From Myripristis murdjan (taxonomy: Eukaryota), in NCBI RefSeq assembly GCF_902150065.1, contig NC_043996.1, positions 24,796,745-24,860,744 of the forward strand: 64,000 nucleotides of DNA, written 5' to 3'. A model generated the notes under the pieces. The model saw nothing but the letters and a program-made list of their open reading frames with translations. It did not search any database and was not told the origin of the DNA. Position 1 is the stretch's first letter, and each line of letters opens with the position of its first letter. Both the position numbers and the translations under genes were made by a program. Below are positions 13,667 to 24,846 of this stretch, piece after piece.

Positions 13667-13799
13667 CGCTGTCTCCAATCGCGAGGAAGACGTAGAAGGT
13701 GTGGTCGACGCTCTTGGTGCTGGAGGCGTTCAGAGAGGGAACCGTGAACTCACACCGGATCACAGAGCCGTTCACTAAGCCTCGGATATCCTTCACTCT
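13667..13799 (-). CDS. DOMON-domain protein exon 4 (RVKDIRGLVNGSVIRCEFTVPSLNASSTKSVDHTFYVFLAIGDS)
   Basis: Acceptor 'ctgtgcag'; donor 'agcg|gtacgt'. The exon is 133 nt and leaves phase 1. Confidence 0.55.
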
Positions 13800-13847
13800 C
13801 TGCACAGAGGGGATCAAAAAAGTAATTTTTTAAAATATGGAAGTATG

Positions 13848-13878
<31 letters not shown>

Positions 13879-14898
13879 GGGAGGTTGGATAAATGAGGGT
13901 CACTCATTCACTTTGCTCATCAAGACGTTCAGAGGTTAACCCTTTAACTGCCTGCTTGACCATTTGGTAGAGCACATTTTCATCCACTGCATGTTGATGA
14001 AAACTGTGTTAAACTTATCAATCTGATTGAGTCATCTCTACCACTCGGTTGAAGTACGCTCTGCTGAAACAATCCACTAGATGGCACAGTGTCTGAAAGC
14101 AGCAGGCCTTTATAGTCTGCTGCCCCCTAGGGATTGAGCAAATGAAAATTTGCATCAGAGATGAGGAGTCTGTTCGGCTAATTTTTTGCAGGTAAGCATA
14201 TTTTCTCAAAATATTATGGTTTTAGAGATGTAAGTGAACAGAATCATGAATCTTTATTCATAATAAATAACTTAAGTAAAGGTCAAATAATTTTCCAAAA
14301 ACATGCTCAATCAAATGGTTGATTTGTCATTTTATGGTAAAGCCAATGATGAAAAGCCATTGTAAATAAAACTGACTCCTGCCATGAAAAAAAAAAAACC
14401 TTTTGATCTAATTTGTTTTGGTTCCATTACAAATATGCTAAAATAAATTCATGGGTGTGATTATTTAACTGTTTAAAAACATTTTCAACAAATGGTTGAT
14501 TTGTCATTGAATGGTAAATGTAGTAATAAGATAACAATTTTATCTACTAAAATTCACCCTTTTATTCACCCTTGTTATTATCACCCTTGTTATTAACAGT
14601 GTTTCATAAAATCTTTGAATGGAAAAAAAAAATCCATCATTAGAATTTTTTACCATGTCTAGAATGTTTTAAAAGTACATATTTAGACGAAATACATAAA
14701 AATAAAATTAGTCTGGTAATGGTGATTTCATGGTAACAAACTGACACGTTGATATACAAGAACATATTAAAGGCTCTGGTATGGCTGTTCAAATCCCCTG
14801 CTGTTTACCATATATCCTTTCATGATTGTGCATAAACTGATGGAGACATTGCCACGGTCATTTTTTTTTTAATCACAAATTTTTAAAATCTATTCATT

Positions 14899-14936
<38 letters not shown>

Positions 14937-15003
14937 TTTTATTTTGCAGGCAGTTTCCTAAACGCCCTCTCTACACGGTACTGAGGGGAAGGGAAGGCCT
15001 CAC

Positions 15004-15111
15004 CCTCTCGTTGGCCATAAAGGCGGTGCTGTTGGCGCTGTTGTTTGTCTGACCGGTGCGGAAGAAGAACATGGAGTTGTTTTGACCACAGACGAAAACC
15101 ATGGTGTAACC
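15004..15111 (-). CDS. DOMON-domain protein exon 3 (GYTMVFVCGQNNSMFFFRTGQTNNSANSTAFMANER)
   Basis: Acceptor 'tctcctcag'; donor 'gag|gtgagg'. The exon is 108 nt (36 codons), phase 0. Confidence 0.55.
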
Positions 15112-15328
15112 CTGAGGAGAGAGCAGAGGAGGAGCACATTAATCCATGAAATGAAAACAACAGTGATCTTCTTAACATCACACAGTTCAGTTTCCAGCTT
15201 TTCTTGTTTGTCTGTCTCTGTCTGTGTTAGTCTGTGCTCAGCTATGCCTGAGCAAACATTGTGCATTCATGTTTGCCTCTACTTCCCCGACTGCATGCAT
15301 GGATGTGTTTCCTTGTTTGCTGTGTGTA

Positions 15329-15372
<44 letters not shown>

Positions 15373-15653
15373 TGTTCATGTTGCTCTGAAACTGTTGTTA
15401 TGTCTGTGTGTACATGGGTTTCTATGTGTGTATCAAAGGCTCTAACACAGAATTGAGACATTTCCAGGTCTCTTATTAAGATGAGAAATTGCACAAAAGG
15501 AAAAGATCGCTGTCATTTCAGATGTTCTGACATTTGTGGCTGTGGGATAATTATAACCTGTAAAGTGATGTGCACTTAACACAAGGGGCAAAATAATCAT
15601 AATGATCACCACAATCTTAAAACTAGGATAATAAGACCTGGAGAATGGTGCTA

Positions 15654-15690
<37 letters not shown>

Positions 15691-16827
15691 GTAGGAAGCA
15701 ATAAGTAACAAATTACACTCCCTCTCTTCACTTTGCTCTACTTGAAATTCGAAAGTAAGGTTTGAAGTTCACTTCATTGTTATGTTAGTATCTCAGAACA
15801 AACGATTTCCTGCAGAACAAGATTTGCTTATTTTATCTGCCAGGTAAAGAAAGACCACGCCAAGCCAACAAACCGGAACAAAACTAAAGTCACCTGAGAG
15901 CGAGGGTATCAAAGGAAGGGGCTGCTACCTGCCACAGGTGTGTGAGGGAATTAAGGCATGGGGATGTAGAGAGGAGTCCCCGTGGGCTTCACATAAGAGG
16001 GTGATGTTAACTCTCTCCAATAATTCTTCAAAACATCCCTTTCATACATGACACACACGCGCATAAACCACACTGCACCAACACGACCAACCCTGGCATC
16101 ACCACTTAGGCTCCACGTCCACTTTGGAATTCAGTTTTAAATTATTTTACCAGTTTTTAAAGCAGCACATGGCTGAGCATCAAACAATATTATCAATCTT
16201 TTTGCCCTCAGTAACACCAGGAGGCCTCAGAGCCCCTCCCACTGAAACTCCAGAATGAAAAAGGACGGCGATCGAAGCCCCAAAAAAGTTTCCATGCCAG
16301 AATATTCCCCTATTTAACCATGAATTAACCATGAATGTATGTATTAGTTTTGTTTAATATCATTTCTTCTTCGTGGAAAACACTGCATCTTTGGTCATGA
16401 TGACATGAGGAACCCATTTGTTCACACTATTTAACCATGAATTTAAAAAGAATTAACCAAAATGTTATTTATCTATTTGTTTGTTTGTTTTTGTATGTAT
16501 GTATGTATTTTTATTTATTTATTTATTTTTTTAAATAAAATCTCATTATTTCTTGTTCCTGGAAAACACTGTATCTTTTGGTGAGGACATGAGGAACCCA
16601 TTGCCTCACATGTTTGAGAGATACCTCTTCATTGTGCATTTAGCATCTTACCTTTAATTTTAATTTTAATGTGTCTTATCTGCATATCTGTCCTTTCTTA
16701 TTCTTATGTTTTATCTGTTTTTCTGGATTTATCTGTTGAAGGTGTTGATGATGATGGTGTACGTGTTCTCTCCTGTTTTACTCAAAAAGATTAGTCTTCA
16801 ATAGTTTTTTCCTATGCCACATACCCT

Positions 16828-16842
16828 GTGTTTGTGTGTGTT

Positions 16843-16878
<36 letters not shown>
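16828..16878. repeat. (GT)n microsatellite abutting the DOMON exon 2 donor
   Basis: Seen directly in the sequence. Confidence 0.95.
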
Positions 16879-16879
<1 letters not shown>

Positions 16880-17086
16880 CTGAGAAGGGTCCTTAGCGAG
16901 TCCCAGGGCGACGTATCCAGAGGAGTTTCCTTGGAGCCCGACGGCCAGGTCGGAGCCGTTGGGAGCCATCGTGTTCATGATTTGCAGAGAGCCAAACAGA
17001 CAGGAGTTGTTCTTGGCGGGGTCGCAGTCGTCTGGTGTCTCCACACACAGCTTCTTCGTTCCACAGCCGGCACGAGTGACGTTCAC
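16880..17086 (-). CDS. DOMON-domain protein exon 2 (VNVTRAGCGTKKLCVETPDDCDPAKNNSCLFGSLQIMNTMAPNGSDLAVGLQGNSSGYVALGLAKDPSQ)
   Basis: Acceptor 'tctcctag'; donor 'ctcag|gtacac'. The exon is 207 nt (69 codons). The G[YW]VA[LI]G[LF][AS]xD motif is typical of a DOMON domain, and there are several N-glycosylation sites. Confidence 0.6.
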
Positions 17087-17185
17087 CTAGGAGACGCAAG
17101 TTGGAGAATTGGGTTTGCACTCCCAGTCTGTCACAGGGTTATGAAAACAACTTTACGCTCAAATATAGGTGATAAAATTAGCGAT

Positions 17186-17490
17186 GCATGATAATATCGG
17201 CACATTACCGGTAACGACCTGAAATGAAAATTTCTACCGATATGACATGCTGATAAGAGAAATAGATCAAATCTGCTCTGGTCACAACAGTGCTCTTATT
17301 TTGCCCAGCGATTGTGTACATTTTGAAAAGCATTGTGCATTGGCCTTCACAGTGAGAGTAGGCATAATAAAATGTTAATTCCACCACAGCAATTAGGTGG
17401 AAAAAATATCTGCATATATCGTTATCGGTATTGGCATTGGCCAAAATATCGGCATATCGGATATCGGCAAATAACCAATATCATGCATCC
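17186..17490. mobile_element. Non-autonomous DNA transposon (MITE) with terminal inverted repeats 'gatgcatgata(a)tatcggc'
   Basis: The left end 'gcgatgcatgataatatcggcacattaccgg' and the right end 'cggcaaataaccaatatcatgcatccc' are inverted complements. An internal 'tatcggcatatcggatatcggc' palindrome is present. Confidence 0.5.
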
Positions 17491-17959
17491 CTAAATAAAA
17501 AACTATTAATGATATTGAGAATGTGTCTGACAAAATGCTTTGGAAGCTTAATTAATTGAATCAGTGCCACCTGTGTTTACCTGCTATATCATGTCAAAAT
17601 GGAGAATTTACCCTGCTATTTATTTATTTTAATCTCTCTCTTACTTTTGAATGTGCTTGTGAGTCAAAAATTAATGAAACAAAACCCCACAACGCCTCAT
17701 GGCACCACCCAATAGGCAGCTGCTAGTATGCTGTTGTTTTATTCCACTTTACTCTTCCAGCCTTTTTCGATAGCAGCCGGTCATAATTTTGAAGATTTTT
17801 TTCAGAGTAATTTTAAGCTGTTAAACCAACTGGGAAGGTCAGCAAAGCAAAGGACGAAAAAAAAAAAAAGAAAACAACGACGGAGGAAGAGCTTTGTTTC
17901 CTGTTCGGGCTGTAAAGGTCACAGTGGAGCTGAGCTGAGAGTATCAAAAAGGAGTTTAC

Positions 17960-18058
17960 CTCTGTGGTGTTGTCAAAGGTCAAATGAGATGTGCCGTGGA
18001 CGCCGGGCGCCAGGAAGACCATCAGGGTCACGGCCAACAAGATCAGTCCTCGCTCCAT
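17960..18058 (-). CDS. DOMON-domain membrane protein, exon 1 (start codon plus signal peptide MERGLILLAVTLMVFLAPGVHG)
   Basis: ATG at 18058-18056 on the minus strand. The hydrophobic N-terminus has an AxG-type cleavage context. Donor 'gag|gtaaac'. The exon is 99 nt (33 codons). Confidence 0.6.
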
Positions 18059-18687
18059 TCCTGCCGGGATGAAAAGTAAATTTATAGAGAAAATAAAGTA
18101 CAAAAAAAACAAAAAAGCGAGGTTTTTCAGTGCCTTTAAACAGCCACAATAACACTTTCACTTACTGTACTTTTATCATCAATATACTATCTTTAAAGTT
18201 CAAATTCTGTTGTGGATCCTATCAATAATTAATATGCATTTTCATCTTCACATATAAAATCATTCTTCCATTCTTTAGGTTGATTCATATTTAAGTAAAC
18301 TGATGAATCAAATACTAGTATAACCATGGAAACAGCCCAAATAACACAAGTTCTGTACAATTTTGTTGATTTGTATACAGCTCGAAGCTCCACTGAGACT
18401 AACCTTATTTATCAGAAATATATAATTCAAAATATCCTCATTTTTTTCTCACTAATTACTTTTGTTTTGGTTAAACAAGAAGTAAAAGAAGTTGTCATGG
18501 AGAATCAAAGTGTCTCATCACAGATTGTGGTACATAAACTATAAAGTGAAGCAAAAACAAACCCAGAAATATAAAAATTTTCTTTGATCACGTCTCTCAG
18601 GTTCATTTTCTTGACCGACTTACCTGTGTTTTTGAAAATCAGCTGTTGAGGTGGATTTGTTTTGGTTTTTCTTTGACGGTTGCTTTC

Positions 18688-18718
<31 letters not shown>

Positions 18719-18831
18719 GGTGAGTGTGTGGTGTGTGTGTGAAGCCTGCCGGGTTACTCTGACAGTCCAGGTCTGTGGTGATGCTAAAGGTGATGCAGTG
18801 GGAGGGTCCGTCCTACAGCATCCTGCAGTGG

Positions 18832-18835
18832 GCGG

Positions 18836-18878
<43 letters not shown>
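18832..18878. repeat. (GT)n microsatellite
   Basis: Seen directly in the sequence. Confidence 0.95.
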
Positions 18879-20059
18879 AATGTGGCTGACAGGTGGATCC
18901 AAACTACTTCCTTGTGGTTTTCTGTCAAAGACGCATTGTCATTGTCTGGAGGAAATCCATTTTTGTCATGCATAGCTCGATGTGTTGACCTCACAAAACC
19001 CTTTAGGGTAAAATTAATTAGTGCATTTTAGCTCAGAAGTGACTGATACTGATACGGATAAAAATTTAAAACATGTAGCAAAGCACAAGGAAGTAAGCGA
19101 GTCTGTTCTAAGGTTCAGCCGCACTGTTTAGGATTGTAATTATTAATCTGTTGCTTGTGCTCAAGCCAGTAAAAATAACCTCCTTTAACTGATATTTCAT
19201 CACATCACTTTTCAGTTTCTGTTTTCCTGGCAAAAAAAAGCTACTTCACAAATTCCTCTTTGAAATTCTCAAAATATCCACTCAGTGTCCGCTTTATCCG
19301 CTCCACCTGTACAGTCTAATGCAGTTCAACACAACAGCTCTGCCATAAATTCTACCTTTTAACAAAGTTAATCATGTTCAGTTCTTGTTGACATTGTGGA
19401 GAATGTGTACATTTAATTATATGTTTATTATTGAGGTTGTAGTTTGCAGAGATCTTGTACTGGACTACATTATATTGAGAGGTGTTTCTAATTTTTTGTC
19501 CTCCCTACTTATATACAATATGGTGGGACAAAATAGTGGAAACACTTCAATAAAATGCAGTCCAGTCCAACAGCAGCACTAACTGTGAGCTCAGTGGCAA
19601 ACATAGAAGTGAATGAACACCTCTATTACTACAAAAAGAAAAGCTGAGCATTATAGGTAGCAGAAAAGGAAACTTTATGGCAGAATATTTGTACTGGATT
19701 GTATTACAAGGTGTACCGAATAAAGTGGCCACTGGTAGTATATCAAAATCTTCACTATATTTACCACCTCAGGGACAGTTTTCAGTTCAAATTCTAGGTC
19801 CATTACTATGGAAAAATGCAGTATATCCTTGAAATACTGTGTATATTATGTATATTTTGATTTAAGTTACTCCGCCTCCCCATGTTCCTTGTTTAAAGTG
19901 TTTATGGTCATATTCACTGTATCATCAGGATGTTTTTGGAGGTTACTTTAATTGGACTGACTGGGTTTTTCAAATACAGTTAATGTTAATATTGTGTGCT
20001 GTTTACCTTTAAATGGTGTTACTAAACTAAACTAAACTAAACTAAAGGGTTCCAGAAAT

Positions 20060-20417
20060 GAGAAAAGGTTTACAGCAGAGTTCTCATCGGGCCTGAAAAT
20101 TAAGACCTTACCCCAACCGGGCCCTACTGGGCCAGCCCGAGGCCCTGCCCTACCCTACTAATTAGCTGAGCTTTAGGCCTGACAGCCCGATAAAGCCCGA
20201 AAAAAAAGAAAGGAGAGGGAAAAAAAATTGCTAAATTCGCCATTATTTAGCAGCGCAGGTGGCTCACATTCTAGTCGCAGTGAGAGACACAGAACCAGAA
20301 CCTGAAGCCCTACCCTACCCGACCAATTCACATACATTTTAGGCCCGACCCTACCTGAAAATGTCGGGTAGGGTCGGGTAAGGTTGGGTTCGGGCAGAAT
20401 TTGAGAACTCTAGTTTA
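20060..20417. mobile_element. MITE-like element with ~60-bp terminal inverted repeats (gagttctca...cgggc...gaaaat / ...attttcagg...cccg...tgagaactc)
   Basis: The left end is 'tttacagcagagttctcatcgggcctgaaaatt'. The right end is 'cctgaaaatgtcgggtagggtcgggtaaggttgggttcgggcagaatttgagaactctagtttacag'. Internal 'ccctaccc' repeats are present. Confidence 0.55.
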
Positions 20418-22849
20418 CAGGAAAAGTTAGACTTTAAATTAATTGTCATTATCAAATGAAGTGTTTAATTCGAAAATGACATGTTGAGTGATGGAAAACC
20501 GCCATGTTCACTCCTTCAAGATGAAAGCTTTTGTGTACGAAGGCCTAAATGGCATGATAATCCCTTTTTCCATGATTAATACATCTCAGTAATGTTCTGA
20601 GCGTCTCTGTGTGAGTGTCAGCTGACCGTGACTGTAGCATCATGACGTCGGGCCTCATCACGTCTCGTCTGCGTGCTGCAACATTCCTGATGGGACAGTC
20701 ATGTTGCTGCAGTCGGAGCAGGGCCGGGCCCCTCTGCTGCTCCTACAGGAAGTCTGATGTTTCCGTGGTGGTGCTGCTGCTGGGAAGAGAGCGGAACACC
20801 GAAGCCACCGACTGCTTGATGGAAAATGTGACTGCATCTGTCATGGTTGATTTTACATCACAGTTTGGTGACTTAATTACCATAACAATCGACACTCCAC
20901 AAATCTCACTCATTCTTTTCTGAAGGGAAAAAAAAAACAAAACGAAGAAACCATATTTTGATATCTGAATATCAAACGTTGAGCGTTATCGATTCTTGAA
21001 CCGCCAACACCGATGTTTTCAATCCGCTCCGTTTTTCAGTGGATCTGTGAGGGTTTTCTGCTGAGCTGCCGGCCCGTGGAAAACCCAGCTGACCAGCTTA
21101 GGCTTCATGTTTTGAACGAAGGAACAAAGGAGCCACTGCATCGGGCGTCATGGCAGGCCTCTGAATGTATTTTAGATTTGAAAAGCACGGTGATAAAGAG
21201 GAGCTGGACAAAAGGAAAGCGGCAAAACTAGTCCTGCAAGTGAAATATGATAAAAAAAAAAAAATATGAAAAATGATAAAAAATGATTAACTACAATGAT
21301 CCATCTACAAACGGGCATGGAGAATATCTGGGTTGTGCAATGTGTTTTTTTCATGTCAACAGGACTCCATACTTTCACTGTGCCATGAAACAATATCTTT
21401 TCTTTGGATCAGTAGTGTGGAGATGCATAGATGCATAACGTTCTCCTTTATTCTGTGCCATGACGCGTCTGTGTGTGTTTGCATGTATTTGACAGAGAGA
21501 AAGGCGCAGTTCACCCGATGGACTTTCATCATGCAAACTGCAGCCCCAGAACATGAATACACAAACAAACACATATGACCTACAGTGACACACACACACA
21601 CACATGCACACAATGAAGACTGTGTTCCGTCCAGAATCTGTCACACCGGATTGTGGCCACAACTTCCCCATTCCCAGAGGCGAGGATTCCCCCTACCTCG
21701 GTCTGGTAGGCATTTGCAGAGCAGATTTACAGTAAAGCTTCACCCAGCCTGCTGCTGCACAACACTTCCAAGGTAGATAAGACTAAGACGCTTAGGCGGA
21801 AATATGTAGGGGTATGGGGAAACAGTAAATATAAAATACCAAATACCAATACAATTTGCTGATGTAATTAAAATACTGGTGTAAAAGTCTGTTTGATGTA
21901 GTCAGTTAATGTAGTTATGGTAAACGGTGCATGTAAATCTAAGAGGACAAGAGCTCAAGCTTTTTTTTTAACTGGAAAATTTGGAAATTGTGGAGTTTAG
22001 TGTACAAATTAAAGGCAGATTACTCTTCTCTTGTTTGTTCATTGGCCCCGTGGTTTGCCAGTTTCTGTCACCAATGGAGAACCTGCAGAACCTGTTCCCT
22101 GCAATGAGTGTGAATTAAAAAATAAGGTGCTTTAAGTGGGGGGAAAAAAAGTCCCGTAAGTGCCAGTTCTCCCCTTACTCACACGTTTGGAAATGAAGAA
22201 AGTCATGAAGGGGGCCATGCGCTTGTGCACGAGTGGCTTATCTTAGTCGTGGTTGAACCGCAGCGACTCACTTATATTTTACTGTATTTTATCTGGACTG
22301 CTCTTAAGGGTGACTTTCGTCTTAAAATAGGCTGCACCAACAGGACGCAGACCAAAATGTTTTCCCAAAATTACCATCCGGTTATGAGGCCCCCCTCTTT
22401 ACTGGAATTCGGGTCAATTGCAACTTTCCAGATACTGTTTTTAAGTGATAATGATAATAATAATAGTAATCTTTATTTATTTAGCTCTTACACACAGACC
22501 TAAAGTTGTTGTCTTACTGTGTACATTCTGATTAAAGGGTACCCAGTGCCTGCAGTTTTGTGTTGAGAGGACTGTACCTTTAAAAAGCAACGTATTTTCC
22601 GAGCATGCTTCAGCTGTTACAAATAAAACTCCCATTTCTAGTTTGACACCTTTCGATATCATGCTTATGAAAGGTGATACTGTCCTGTTTTGTTTGTGTT
22701 TTCCACCAATCCACATTTTTCACATTCTTAGGTGCGCGCCTTTGGTAACACGGCGCATTTTCTTGCGTACTTCTAATTATTGTGGCCGCTTACACTTCGG
22801 AACAAAATTTCCCTGGGTTTTTTGCACAACACCCAAACACACAAACACC

Positions 22850-22884
<35 letters not shown>

Positions 22885-24671
22885 CGTGCGGTCAAGTTTC
22901 GACAACGATGCTATTACTGATTTTTCGCAACTTCAATTTATATGCAAATTTCGGCCCATTAGAAATGAATGGGTGAATTTGTGTGAAGCTCGATATCACA
23001 CAGATTTTGCGCTACGTTGACAAATTAAAAAAATCTACGTCTTGTTGAGGAGAAGAAGGCCGTTGTGCGTTTTCGTTGTGATCCGACCAACCATTTTTTC
23101 ATGATTGCAGATTAAATGTCCATTAAATGGGACGGAACACACACAAATGGGAAAACCACACATTTTCAAACCCTCACAGCTCCCCCATACTTTGCCCTTC
23201 AAACTCCATTTGAAGTTGAAACGGATCACCACAAGTAAAAGTCTGTGTGTGTAAAATATCATCTTGATATCTGCTGTACTTTGATAGAAAACACAGTTCA
23301 CTGCATTTCATGACTAGGTAACTAACATAGGTTTGTGCTGTGCGTTTTGAGAGTTAACTTTTATAATATTATATAACAGTTTACAGTAAAAGCATAAAAA
23401 CCAAGAGCCAAAAATGATAAAATCAAGGTCATGCGGGCCTGGGTCGTGAAAATGTGGCCAGAAGCGAGAAAAAGGGAAACAAATACGTAACAGGAAGTCT
23501 GCAAAAAGGGGTTTTAATACATGATTGAAAAGTAATTTCACATAAAAGCAATAAACAGGAAGAAGGAAACAGTGACAAATGAAGCGCTCACCTGCTCATG
23601 CGGCTTTCTGACGCTCCCAAGAGTTATTTTGGCCCAGAGCACCGCACGTCTCCTCTTTCACATCAGGACAGTAGAAAATTGAACGACTATTGAGTGTCCA
23701 CAAACATGACTGTTCTTGTCTCCTGTCAGTTTGGATATAATAATTTCTATAATGCTTCTCTGTATACTTTATATTTACTTCATTATAAATATGAAACTGT
23801 TTTCTTACTCCCTGACTTCTATCATCCTGGTCAAGAGTCATCATGCATCACTGCTGAAAAAACAGAAAAGAGGCTACTTCAGTTTTCCATGGAGCTCACA
23901 CTGAACAAACTGAGACAAAACGCCCAAAATAACCTCTGTACATCCATTTATTTATTTAGTTATTTATTTATACAATGAAAAACTGGCACCATAGAGAAGA
24001 ATATTTGACCCATAAAAAAAAAAAAATACATACAGATATCAAAATACACCAGTGATGAAAACTGACCAGGCTGCATCTGCCGCCGCAACCGATTCCAGTT
24101 AACATTACAAAACCGACCTTTTCATACTGGCGCACATTTACATTTATTTAAAGGAGGAGTCATGACTGACAGTAAACCTGAGAGCAGAGCAGCAGCAACT
24201 TGCTAAAGTGCATAGTTAAGTGTAAAAGTTTCCATAACAGGCCCGTTTTGTGCACGGTGAGATTTTAAGGCGTCGACCAAGTGTTTGGCTTAAATAGAGT
24301 TAATAACTTATACGATTCCACCGAGTTGGTACATCTCCCATTCATAAGTGGCGTTTTTGGTAGAGAAAAAAAAACACTTAAAAATCCCACTGAAACACCA
24401 ACAATAAAGCAACAAACACCATGTTAGTTATAAACGGATGAATCAAAAGTTAAAGGTGCTATATGGCATCAATACATCATTACCACATTTTGACACATCA
24501 GTTTAAGAACCGGAAACACACGAGAGACCCCTGAGGAAAAACTGCAGTGTGTGCATTGCATTTTAGTGTTTCATCTAAGCAAACCTCACGTCGCTCAAAG
24601 ATAAATAAATTTCACAGGAACAGAATGGATGATTACATTTTCAAAACCAATGAAACCTGGAAGGAGTCCAG

Positions 24672-24677
24672 ATTTAT
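24672..24677 (-). other. Candidate polyadenylation signal (AATAAA on the minus strand) for ApoL-like gene A
   Basis: Plus-strand 'tttatt' lies about 170 nt downstream of the gene A stop codon. Confidence 0.3.
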
Positions 24678-24846
24678 TCACGTCACACAAATCGAGAGCA
24701 AAACCGCTTCTTCCAAACACTCTGAGCCGCCGGAGGGAAATCTGCCAGGCTGCTATATGGCACAAAACAGGAAGAGGGCGCTCTGGCACAAAAAGAGCTA
24801 AATCATTTAGTGTTTTTTTACAGCATCTTTGTTTAAAAATGCCGAG

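Noticed and set aside
20615-20923. 102-aa Cys-rich ORF (MSADRDCSIMTSGL…)
   Set aside because: It has no splice sites, no homology signal I can recognise and no Kozak context, and it is an isolated ORF in intergenic DNA. It is kept only as a low-priority candidate for transcript data.
22200-23600. Possible transposon-derived sequence with internal A-rich tract and scattered short ORFs
   Set aside because: No clear TIRs, LTRs or coding domains are visible without a database search.
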